Below, piece by piece: positions 1 through 10,990 of a stretch of DNA of 64,000 nt. Made by a program: the position numbers and the translations under genes. Origin of the DNA: Ylistrum balloti (taxonomy: Eukaryota); NCBI RefSeq assembly GCF_031769215.1, contig NW_026782534.1, forward strand, positions 310,001 to 374,000. The letters are read 5' to 3'. Each line of letters opens with the position of its first letter. Position 1 is the stretch's first letter. The notes under the pieces are model-generated. The model made no database searches, was not told the DNA's origin, and saw only the letters and a list, made by a program, of their open reading frames with translations.

Positions 1-130
1 ATTTGTTTCTCCAAGCAAACAACAATAATGATTTGTAAGCAACAAGTAGTCTGTACACATGTGCTTTTAAATAGCAAGTTGTTGCAATTATATTCTACTA
101 AACCCTACTTCAGAATCATCATTTAGTTTG

Positions 131-1780
131 CTATACTTTGTTCTTGTATACAGGAGCATTAGATCGAGGCAGTGGTTTGTTTCCCAGGATAATGTCAGCG
201 GCCTTCTCAGCCAGCATTATTGTCGGGCCGTTCAGGTTCCCAGTAACTATATTTGGCATGATAGAGGCATCAACTACTCGAAGATTATCTACACCTAAAA
301 CACGAGTCTGAGAATCCAACACAGCCATCGGGTCACTCTCATCTCCCATTTTACATGTACATGATGGATGATAGGCACTGTCTGCGTAAGCACGGTTAAA
401 GGCATCAATCTCGGCATCTGTTTGACAATCAGGTCCTGGCAACAGCTCTCGACCAGCGCGGAAAGGATCAAACGCTTTCTGTTTAAACACTTTCCTGGCA
501 ACTTTGACACTGTCCCTCATTGTCCTCACATCATATTCTGTAGACAGATAGTTGGCTACAATCTTCGGATGGTCTCTTGGATTTTTGGTTTTCAGCTTGA
601 TGTTACCTTTACTGGTAGCATGCATTGGTCCTGTATGCAATTGGTAGGCATGTTCATCACCAGTTTTACGCCCGTGATCTTTCACAACAGAAGGTAAGAA
701 GTGAAACTGAATGTCGGGGTACTCAAGACCTTCTTCACTATGGACAAACCCACCACTCTCCAAATGTGCGCTGGCTCCATCTCCTTTCTGAGTCAGAAAC
801 CACTGTAGACCTATCCGAATCATATTGTGAGGGAATTTCCACTGAGCAGAATAAAGAGTGATTGGAAGCTTGCATGCCTCCTGTACATACACCTCAAGAT
901 GGTCTTGGAGATTTTCTCCGACACCAGGAAGGTGTTGAACCACAGGAATGTCCAGTGCCTTCAGATCGTCTGCATTACCCACACCCGATAACATGAGAAG
1001 CTGAGGAGAGTTGATTGATCCTCCACTCAAAATCACCTCCTTCTCTGCTCTGATCACCTTTTTTACACCCTTCTGTTCATACTCTACACCCACGGCTCGC
1101 TTGTTCTCAAACATAATCCTCGTGGACAGGGCATTTGATTCCACTGTCACATTGTCACGCTTCATAGCTGGCCTGAGGGAGGCCATAGCAGCACTCCATC
1201 GCCGGCCTTTGTGAATGGTCATGTCCATCAAACCTACACCCTCCTGTTGATAGCCATTCATGTCGTCTGTAAACAGAAAGCCAGCCTGCTGACCTGCTTC
1301 TATAAAGGCCTGATGCAGTGGGTTGTTGGTTTTTCCTCGTGACACATGAAGAGGACCATCACCTCCCCTGTAGTCATTCTCCCCAAGTTCATGGGTCTGA
1401 GATTTTTTAAAGTATGGTAAGCAATCTGCATATGACCATCCCTTTGCCCCAGCCTTCTCCCATCCATCATAATCACCAGCATTTCCACGGATATAGACCA
1501 TGGCATTGAGTGAAGACGATCCTCCCCAGACTCGTCCTCGTGGCCAGTACATGACCCTGTTGTTCATGTGAGGCTCTGGTTCCGTATGGTAGTACCAGTT
1601 GTACTTGTCATCACACAGGTTGTACATGAGGGCAGCAGGCATGTGGATCTTCCAGGTGTAGTCTCTTGGACCAGCCTCCAGAACACACACCTTGTTGTTA
1701 GGATCTGCAGACAATCGATTGGTGAGAGTACAGCCAGCTGATCCTGCACCAATGATGACGTAATCGTAGGTGGATCCAGC
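131..1780 (-). CDS. CHDH: Choline dehydrogenase (GMC oxidoreductase) domain, within the terminal exon of the fusion gene
   Basis: FAD-binding GxGxxG ([12 protein letters not shown]), GMC signature GGSSSLNAM, catalytic His (AYHPSCT) and Asn (GNLNGPT). As recalled, the sequence closely resembles vertebrate CHDH and bacterial BetA. Stop codon at 131-133. Confidence 0.95.
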   Translation of the reverse strand, partial: AGSTYDYVIIGAGSAGCTLTNRLSADPNNKVCVLEAGPRDYTWKIHMPAALMYNLCDDKYNWYYHTEPEPHMNNRVMYWPRGRVWGGSSSLNAMVYIRGNAGDYDGWEKAGAKGWSYADCLPYFKKSQTHELGENDYRGGDGPLHVSRGKTNNPLHQAFIEAGQQAGFLFTDDMNGYQQEGVGLMDMTIHKGRRWSAAMASLRPAMKRDNVTVESNALSTRIMFENKRAVGVEYEQKGVKKVIRAEKEVILSGGSINSPQLLMLSGVGNADDLKALDIPVVQHLPGVGENLQDHLEVYVQEACKLPITLYSAQWKFPHNMIRIGLQWFLTQKGDGASAHLESGGFVHSEEGLEYPDIQFHFLPSVVKDHGRKTGDEHAYQLHTGPMHATSKGNIKLKTKNPRDHPKIVANYLSTEYDVRTMRDSVKVARKVFKQKAFDPFRAGRELLPGPDCQTDAEIDAFNRAYADSAYHPSCTCKMGDESDPMAVLDSQTRVLGVDNLRVVDASIMPNIVTGNLNGPTIMLAEKAADIILGNKPLPRSNAPVYKNKV

Positions 1781-4700
1781 CCCAGATGTCGTGGAAGCAT
1801 TCCTCACCTGTACAGCACTGGTGGAACAGGGTGATTGTCTCCCTCGTGACATTGTGCTGAACAAACGACATTGGACATTGACACTTCCCGGCTTTCTCAG
1901 TTTAGGAAGAGCATTTGGTATCATTTGTTTGCCAGGAGTGGTTGGTGGGTCTTCTAAGATATGATCAATCACATGGTCTACAGTAGGCACCACTAGGTCG
2001 GTGACCCACTTTAGGTCATCTGCAGACCCTACACCTGATAGTACACCAATCTTTTGTATCTTAGCTGATCTTTCAAATGAAAAATCTTTGGTAGAATCGC
2101 CGACTATTACAGTTTTCTCAGGATTTACATTCAGTTCATCACATATGATTTGTGTGCTGTGATCAGGAGACCGTGAGACAGAGTGTGGATCATCTCCACA
2201 GATCATCATATCAACATATTTCAACACACCCAGATTTGTCAAATCTGACAGTGCAAGTTCACGCTTATCTCCAGTACATATTGCTATTTTGATTCCTTTT
2301 CTCTTTAGTGTTTTGAAGAATTTTTTGATGTCCTTGTGAAGTGATTTTGGTTCTTGAAGAAGCGTAGATTCACACTCCTGCCAGACTTTGTTTACAACCA
2401 TCAGAGACTCCTCATACGTCAAATGTTTATGGATCATCTCCACCAGTGACGACCTCACCTCCATGTTAGTGGTTCCATGTTCATTCAACAGCCCATCCTT
2501 TATTTTACTTGTTTGTTCACATATTCCAAGCCTCTGGTGAATTTCTGATCGCAGACCACAAAGACCAGTCGCCTGTTCTAACCTGTAACAAAAATTGAGA
2601 AAATCAATGCACTAACTGACCTCAATTACGATAAGAGAAATCCTGTAGAAATATTTTGATTCATTATATATAACACACTGAGATTGTAGAAATCCTGTTT
2701 ACAATATCCTGCACCCTTTATGTTATACAATGAGATTAGAGAAATCCTGTTTACAAGATCCCACACTCTTTATATAATATACAAAGATTAGAGAAATTCT
2801 GTTTACAATATCTCCCATTCTTTATATAACACACTGAGATTAGAGAAATCCTGTTTACAATATCTCCCATTCTTTATATAACACACTGAGATTGTAGAAA
2901 TCCTGTTTACAATATCTCCCATTCTTTATATAACACACTGAGATTAGAGAAATCCTCTTTATATAACACACAATATCTCCCATTCTTTATATAACACACT
3001 GAGATTAGAGAAATCCTTTATATCTCCCATTCTTTATATAACACACTGAGATTAGAGAAATCCTGTTTACAATATCTCCCATTCTTTATATAACACACTG
3101 AGATTAGAGAAATCCTGTTTACAATATCTCCCATTCTTTATATAACACACTGAGATTAGAGAAATCCTGTTTACAATATCTCCCATTCTTTATATAACAC
3201 ACTGAGATTAGAGAAATCCTGTTTACAATATCTCCCATTCTTTATATAACACACTGAGATTAGAGAAATCCTGTTTACAATATCTCCCATTCTTTATATA
3301 ACACACTGAGATTAGAGAAATCCTGTTTACAATATCTCCCATTCTTTATATAACACACTGAGATTGTAGAAATCCTGTTTACAATATCTCCCATTCTTTA
3401 TATAACACACTGAGATTAGAGAAATCCTGTTTACAATATCTCCCATTCTTTATATAACACACTGAGATTGTAGAAATCCTGTTTACAATATCTCCCATTC
3501 TTTATATAACACACTGAGATTAGAGAAATCCTGTTTACAATATCTCCCATTCTATTATATAACACACTATATAACATTGTAGAAATCCTGTTTACAATAT
3601 CTCCCATTCTTTATATAACACTTTATATAACACACTGAGATTAGAGAAATCCTGTTTACAATATCTCCCATTCTTTATATAACACACTGAGATTAGAGAA
3701 ATCCTGTTTACAATATCTCCCATTCTTTATATAACACACTGAGATTAGAGAAATCCTGTTTACAATATCTCCCATTCTTTATATAACACACTGAGATTGT
3801 AGAAATCCTGTTTACAATATCTCCCATTCTTTATATAACACACTGAGATTGTAGAAATCCTGTTTACAATATCTCCCATTCTTTATATAACACACTGAGA
3901 TTAGAGAAATCCTGTTTACAATATCTCCCATTCTTTATATAACACACTGAGATTGTAGAAATAATTCTTTATATAACACACTGAGATTGTAGAAATCCTG
4001 TTTACAATATCTCCCATTCTTTATATAACACACTGAGATTAGAGAAATCCTGTTTACAATATCTCCCATTCTTTATATAACACACTGAGATTAGAGAAAT
4101 CCTGTTTACAATGTCTCCCATTCTTTATATAACACACTGAGATTAGAGAAATCCTGTTTACAATATCTCCCATTCTTTATATAACACACTGAGATTAGAG
4201 AAATCCTGTTTACAATATCTCCCATTCTTTATATAACACATTCTTTATATAACACATATAACACACTGAGATTAGAGAAATCCTGTTTACAATATCTCCC
4301 ATTCTTTATATAACACACTGAGATTAGAGAAATCCTGTTTACAATATCTCCCATTCTTTATATAACACACTGAGATTGAGTAGAAATCCTGTTTACAATA
4401 TCTCCCATTCTTTATATAACACACTGAGATTAGAGAAATCCTGTTTACAATATCTCCATTCTTTATATTCTTTATATATAACACACTGAGATTAGAGAAA
4501 TCCTGTTTTTCCCATTCTTTATATAACACAATATCTATTCTTTATTCTTTATATACACACTGAGATTAGAGAAATCCTGTTTATCCTGTTTACAAGATCC
4601 CACACAATATCCTACCATTCTTTATATAATACAATGAGATTAGAGAAATCCTGTTTACAATATCTCCCACATTCTTTATATTATACAATGAGATTAGAGA

Positions 4701-7700
4701 AATCCTGTCTCCCATTCTTTATATAATACACAATATCCCACACTCTTTATATATACAATGAGATTAGAGAGAAATCCTGTTTACAATATCTCCACACTCT
4801 TTATGTTATACAATGAGATTAGAGAAATCCTGTTTACAATATCTCCCATTCTTTATATAATACAATGAGATTAGAGAAATCCTGTTTACAATATCCCACA
4901 CTCTGTATGTTATACAGTGAGATTAGAGAAATCCTGTTTACAATATCCCACACTCTTTATGTTATACAATGAGATTAGAGAAATCCTGTTTACAATATCT
5001 CCCATTCTTTATATAATACAATGAGATTAGAGAAATCCTGTTTACAATATCCCACACTCTTTATGTTATACAATGAGATTAGAGAAATCCTGTTTACAAT
5101 ATCTCCCATTCTTTATATAATACAATGAGATTAGAGAAATCCTGTTTACAATATCCCACACTCTTTATGTTATACAATGAGATTAGAGAAATCCTGTTTA
5201 CAATATCCCACACTCTTTATGTTATACAATGAGATTAGAGAAATCCTGTTTACAATATCCCACACTCTTTATGTTATACAGTGAGATTAGAGAAATCCTG
5301 TTTACAATATCCCACACTCTGTATGTTATACAATGAGATTAGAGAAATCCTGTTTACAATATCCCACACTCTACAGTGAGATTAGAGAAATTCTTTATAT
5401 AATACAATGAGATTAGAGAAATCCTTTATCCCACACTCTGTATGTTATACAATGAGATTAGAGAAATCCTGTTTACAATATCCCACACTCTGTATGTTAT
5501 ACAGTGAGATTAGAGAAATCCTGTTTACAATATCTCCCATTCTTTATATAATACAATGAGATTAGAGAAATCCTGTTTACAATATCCCACACTCTTTATG
5601 TTATACAATGAGATTAGAGAAATCCTGTTTACAATATCCCACACTCTGTATGTTATACAATGAGATTAGAGAAATCCTGTTTACAATATCCCACGCTCTT
5701 TATGTTATACAATGAGATTAGAGAAATCCTGTATACATCAACCCACATTCTTTATGTAATAATCAGAGGTAGACCAAAACTGGACACACTTTTGTGAGTA
5801 ACTGAAGATGTATTGTATGAATCAGTTGAGGTCTATAACTGTGGCAAAAACCAGGCTTGTATAAAATGTATGAATTTCAATGTCTTTCTTATTGTTTTCA
5901 TGTCCTGATGTGTGGATATCAATTTTCACACTTTTTGAAATTTTCAATTGTCACCAATTTACTTTCCTTGTATTGAAAGAATAGGAAAACAGGGTACACA
6001 CCTCGAGCAGATTTGGTCTGTCCATTTGCTGTACTTGCTGTGGGCACAGAGGATGGTACCATGGAGATCTAAGATGATCAAGGCAACAGTCGGTACATGA
6101 TTCTCAACACTAGCATACTCATCAGAATTGGAAGATTCCAAGGAATATGGTTCGATCAAGATTCTTTTGTCGTTGGAGTAAGCGTAGCATTCCCTCCATT
6201 GGTCCTCCGGTAGGATGAGGGGCAACAAGTCTTGGACACTTTCTATCACATGACTGGCCGCTGGGTACAAATCATTTGTCTGACCTACACCACTTAATAC
6301 CCCTATATTCCAGCCAAGCTGTGCTGCCTTTCCCATTCCCACATCAGCTTTGGTGTCTCCCACCATGACAGTATCTTCAGGGTTCACACCAAGCTTTTCA
6401 CAGATCATTTGAGCGTTATCTGCAGCAGGTTTTGGGACATTGTTGGGGTCATCACCACACACAATGTGATCAACTAAACCATGGATTCCTAAATCTTCTA
6501 AAAAGTTCTCAGTTCCTTTCCTGCAGTCAGCAGTGCAAACAGCGATCTTTACATTATTGCTTTTTAATATCTTAAACAAAGTGTTAAGGTCGGCTAAAGT
6601 TTTAGTTTCATAAATGCCGTGTCCATCTTCCCAGATGTTGTTCACAATGGCACGACCTTTGACCTCATCCACACCCTCCTGACTGAGAAGCTCCACTATA
6701 GCATCCTGGACCATTTCTGTGGTAGCTTCTGCAAGCAAACCTGGGATTACTCTGTCAGATGTGGTACAAAATCCAATTGTTTCAAATACTTTCTCCTGAA
6801 TGTCTAGTCCGGTGGCTTCTTCCAATCTGAAATAATAAAATTTTTAAAGTTAAATTATTTAAATCCAAATTATGGATCATTTACAATTATCAAGTAAGTA
6901 AATAAGAATTTAACATCAATGGTTAGACACCTACACTATACAAATAGATATACCAATGATTGGGCATAAGTAATTATCAGCTTATGGACATGCATGATAT
7001 GGATGATAAATTATCTACCCAAGATACCTCTAGCTTATAGTTATACAGGTTGGTATTTTCTAAATATACATGGTGAACACTTTATTCTGTATAATAAAAC
7101 ATGCATAAGCATCAAGCCTTTATATAGCTATATATGTATATAAGGAGTACAAAGCGCCATTCACAGGAATTTACACAAATGAGTATACATTGTGTTACAC
7201 TAATGAGTATACATTGTGTTACACTAATGAGTATACGTTGTGTTACACTAATGAGTATACATTGTGTTACACTAATGAGTATACCTTGTGTTACACTAAT
7301 GAGTATACATTGTGTTACACTAATTAGTATATGTTGTGCTACACTAATGAGTACATGTTGTGTTACACTAATGAGTATATGTTGTGTTACACTCATGAGT
7401 ATACATTGTTACACTAATGAGTATACATTGTTACACTAATGAGTATACATTGTGTTACACTAATGAGTATACGTTGTGTTACATTAATGAGTATACGTTG
7501 TGTTACACTAATGAGTATACATTGTGTTACACTAATGAGTATATGTTGTGAACAGGAAACTGAAATATGAACCGGTAATCATAATGTGGATCGCTGACCT
7601 CTGGGATATACATAAGGAAGTAGCACCTTGACCTACTCCTAAATTTTCATTCTTCTTTCCTCATCAATACGTGTTGGATTGCTATGACTTTTTATGAGTT

Positions 7701-9587
7701 TAATACTTGCTTGCCAAAATGTTTATTCATGCATGAAAACAATCAATACTATATGAAGCAACAAATTAGAAAAATGAAAAATGAAAATAAATACAGTAAA
7801 TTTTAATTTTTCCCAATAAATTGTATGTAAGAACACCATTATGCTAGTCTATCTTAATATACTGCTGAGCTTAAAAATAAGTAAGAAAACAGAATATATT
7901 ACACACTATCAAACATGCTAGTCTGATAAAAACCATGAATAAAAAATAAATCTTATAGTTAGAAAAAACAACAAAAATTAGATGTATCTATCCATACACA
8001 ACAGCCAACACTGAAGTTGATTAGTACATTTCTATGTGTATTTACTTAGAGGCTATTTTCCTGGCCCAAGGGGACCACATTGATTGGAAGCATATCAAGG
8101 TGCCGTCTTTGTCGAAAATAACTAGGGATGCCTTCTTCCCGGCATCAGTGGACTTGGTAGGTTTGACACTGTTGATAGTTCTGACTTCTGACAGGATGGT
8201 GTTATGATCTGTTACGGAGCTGTAGGTGGCGTAACTGCCACGAACGCCTGTAAGATAGACACAGCATGACAGACGGGGAAAGTGTGGCTCGTAGGGAGAC
8301 ACACAACATGTTGACAACAACTGTCCACACTACAAAAAACAATTCTGTTACAATAAATATGATAATACGTCCCACCAAATGAATGGCTTTGGTATCAGCC
8401 AGTAACACATAATGTCTGCCTATTTGCAGTGCTACTAGAATTTCAATTTAGAATCAGAATTCCAATTTATTGGATTAACAGTGAGAGGTATAAAACACAG
8501 TTTTAAAATGAGTTTTTTTAGATATTCATGAGATTTAAAATAAATTTGCCACAAAATATTCCAGGTATGTTTAATAGGAATATTGTGGTTTCTAAAATGT
8601 AGGTGTAATGAACCGTGATGACAACTACCTGAAAACTTAAAAAAGACAAAAATATTTTGATAATCAGGCAACTTAAGAATAAGGGACCATACTGCATCTA
8701 ACATTTTGTGTTAGAGAGGTTATCATAATTGAAGTGAACTATATTTTGTAGCATTATTTGAAAAAGAAGCCTTCCAATTTAAAAAAAAAAAACAGTGAAA
8801 TACTGGCATATTTTGTCATACTCTTGAAATATCAATACTCTTTAATAGAAAACTGTCACATAGTTATCGATTTCATTATCATCCACCTATATTGTTAAAT
8901 AATCATTTATCTATATTTGCCCGCCACCATCCCAATACAACAGTACTAGACTGTCAATGTATCAGTAATTATGTGGCTATAAAACTGGGATTGATTCCAC
9001 GGTATTAAGACACTGCTCTTCCCAATACTAGATCAGTTTTCTCTCAGTATAATACAAATTCAACTTACAGAAGTGTAGATTGCCTAAAAACATTGTTCAT
9101 AAATATAAAATAATTCAATATTTTCTATAGGTGATTTTGGTTGATATTATTCGAAGATACCCCTCTGTTAAATCTTCTCAGAAACTGGCCCTTATCAGAT
9201 TTCATAGGATCTCCTATGAAGTAATGAGCTAATGACTGTCGTCTCATGTTTCTGTCAAAAGTTGACATTTAAATCTTTCAAGGAGCAAACATTTATAGGT
9301 AACAGCATAAAGCAATAAATAAAATATTTATAAACCATTAAATATATCAATTATATAACCACACAAGCAATATCATTTATATAACATTATAAACAATTGG
9401 ATATAATAGGTATAAAATCGTAAACAAATAAATATTATATGAGAACTGTACAGACCAACACACCTAGCATAGTTTGCAGTTTGGGGTGGTATGCCGATAT
9501 ATTCTTTGAAGCATTCGATGCAGTGAAGATTCTGCTGAGACAACCGGGACGAAGCAGTCCTATACAGGTCTTCCTAACAGTTGCCAT
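131..9587 (-). CDS. CHDH: Mitochondrial tandem-HAD phosphatase / choline dehydrogenase fusion protein, 1200 aa, 4 coding exons (9587-9464, 8247-8046, 6826-6002, 2582-131)
   Basis: Exons joined by hand at GT-AG sites with phases 1, 2, 2 give 3603 nt, or 1201 codons including the stop. N-terminus [24 protein letters not shown] is Arg/Ser-rich and lacks acidic residues, like a presequence. HAD1 has [17 protein letters not shown] and VGDTKAD. HAD2 has [17 protein letters not shown] and VGDSTKD. The C-terminal part has [43 protein letters not shown] and [13 protein letters not shown], typical of CHDH/BetA. The symbol applies to the C-terminal domain only. Confidence 0.88.
1940..6090 (-). CDS. HAD-superfamily domain 2 (degenerate paralogue of domain 1), split by intron 6001-2583
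   Basis: Motif I is DLHGT (6069-6055) instead of DxDGT, motif III is SRSPD instead of KP, and GDSTKD is retained. It aligns by eye with HAD1 (LEEATG/LEQATG, IAVCTAD/IAICTGD, GVLSGVG in both). Confidence 0.85.
2620..5760. repeat. 52-bp minisatellite of about 60 copies in two sub-arrays, filling the last intron of the HAD-CHDH gene
   Basis: Unit GAGATTAGAGAAATCCTGTTTACAATATCTCCCATTCTTTATATAACACACT at about 2800-4560. Variant ...ATATCCCACACTCTTTATGTTATACAAT at about 4600-5740. The 52-bp period was checked at 3061/3113. Confidence 0.97.
6230..8140 (-). CDS. HAD-superfamily hydrolase domain 1 (phosphoglycolate-phosphatase-like, catalytic motifs intact), split by intron 8045-6827
   Basis: Motif I DKDGT at 8113-8099, motif II T (VCTAD), motif III K (PKPAAD, about 6432-6418) and motif IV GDxxxD (VGDTKAD). 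Confidence 0.88.
7180..7550. repeat. 24-bp minisatellite, about 15 copies (intron)
   Basis: Unit TAATGAGTATACATTGTGTTACAC, period 24 (7201/7225). It generates the spurious ORFs 7112-7396 and 7134-7439. Confidence 0.95.
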
Positions 9588-10876
9588 GGTGAATGTTAAC
9601 TTGTGCGGTAACTTGTTATATTATTGATGCTGCTAGCCTGTAATAAACTAAATACAACAAGACAAATTAAATTCACATTCATTAAAAATTAATGATTGAC
9701 TTTGTTCACCATGAAGAATACATAGAATCCAGAATAATTACAACCTTCATCAGAGACCTATCTCTAACTTCATCAACATGAGGTAACCCATGATATCTAA
9801 ATTACACATTTTTAACATATTCCTTTCAAAATAAAGTGAAGTATAATTCTGTATTTTTATACTTCTAGTTTCTTTTGTATTTCTATCTACATTCTTCAAG
9901 CCTATCAAGTGAAGACTAATAAAAATATTAACACTGTGTCACAAAAACTGTCTCGAATGGCTAAATCTTACAATCTACAGAAAGCTCAGATTGAATGAGT
10001 TATTAAAATCTCCGTTGGATCAGTTAATGTACATCTATAGTACTCATAAAACAAGGGAATACTGAACTGCTGTAACACAACAATATCAAAATGTTAATGA
10101 AATGAAAACCCTGTTTTACGAAGCTGCAACGAACAGGAAACTATCCTGAGGTTATTAGTTTACAAACAGAAGGACTAATTATATTGTTAAAAGCGCTGTG
10201 TACAGTAAAAACATACAAAATACTGACAAGGCTAAGTATATGCTGTTAACAAATCCAGAAATAAGTATCTTGAAACAGCATTAAGACCAAATGCTATCCT
10301 TATGTTAAAAACAAACCGTTCATAATTCTGTTATATCGGTATCCACGGTTCCATCTTTCAGCCCCGACCGCTGACCACTCGTGTAAGAAGCTGTAAACAA
10401 TTGGTGAACACGAGTGACGGACGTGTGGTCACTTAACCGTAAGCAGGTATAGCGATTAGACAGATCAGGTACTTACAACAACTCAACCTAATATAAACTG
10501 TCTATTCCCAACCCCCAACCCCCAATAACCCCCCAACAACCCCATTCGTTCACAAACACGTAACAATAGCTCCTATGGAACAATCTAATACCTTCCGTTA
10601 CTAGAAGTCAAAGGTCATCATGCCAGCATCCGCAATAACACGTTACACACCCATACGTCTATATCGAAATCAAGACTCGGCCACTAAGACTGATAATGTA
10701 TAATTTTATCTGAACAATTATACCTACAAGTCTAACCTACTTTTTGTGATATACTAGTATTTTCCCCCATTCTTCTGACATTCCAAACAGTAACTGTTTG
10801 AAACCACAAATACCAGCCTCGTCTTAAAGTGTATTGACAGACGAGGCTAGTACCTATGTTTCAACAACAAACTTAC

Positions 10877-10990
10877 AGTGTTAGATTCTGTCAAGTTCAC
10901 CGCAATGTGTTTGTCAAGAGGCACGAGAGTAATTTGGTTCCTCGGCGCCGTTTGGGGAATTCCCAGGACGCTCAAGGTCATGGTCGCCAA
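10877..10990 (-). promoter_or_regulatory. Probable non-coding first exon and core promoter of the HAD-CHDH gene, with a palindromic kappaB-like site GGGAATTCCC (10955-10964)
   Basis: Local CpG enrichment, a minus-strand CT|GTAAGT donor at 10876, and a UTR acceptor ttacag| at 9638 just upstream of the ATG exon. A second possible donor lies at 10476. The TSS cannot be determined from sequence. Confidence 0.45.

Noticed and set aside
131-1780. Horizontal transfer of bacterial betA
   Set aside because: Presequence-like linker, in-frame integration with spliced exons and resemblance to metazoan CHDH argue against it. A phylogeny would be needed to exclude it formally.
131-2488. 785-aa ORF as a stand-alone gene starting at 2488
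   Set aside because: The called start is a TTG. The frame extends to a canonical acceptor at 2583, and the HAD2 motif I lies in the upstream exon.
6055-8113. HAD domains as phosphonatase (PhnX) for aminoethylphosphonate catabolism
   Set aside because: Motif I is DKDGT, not the DWAGT type of phosphonatases. Kept only as a substrate to test.
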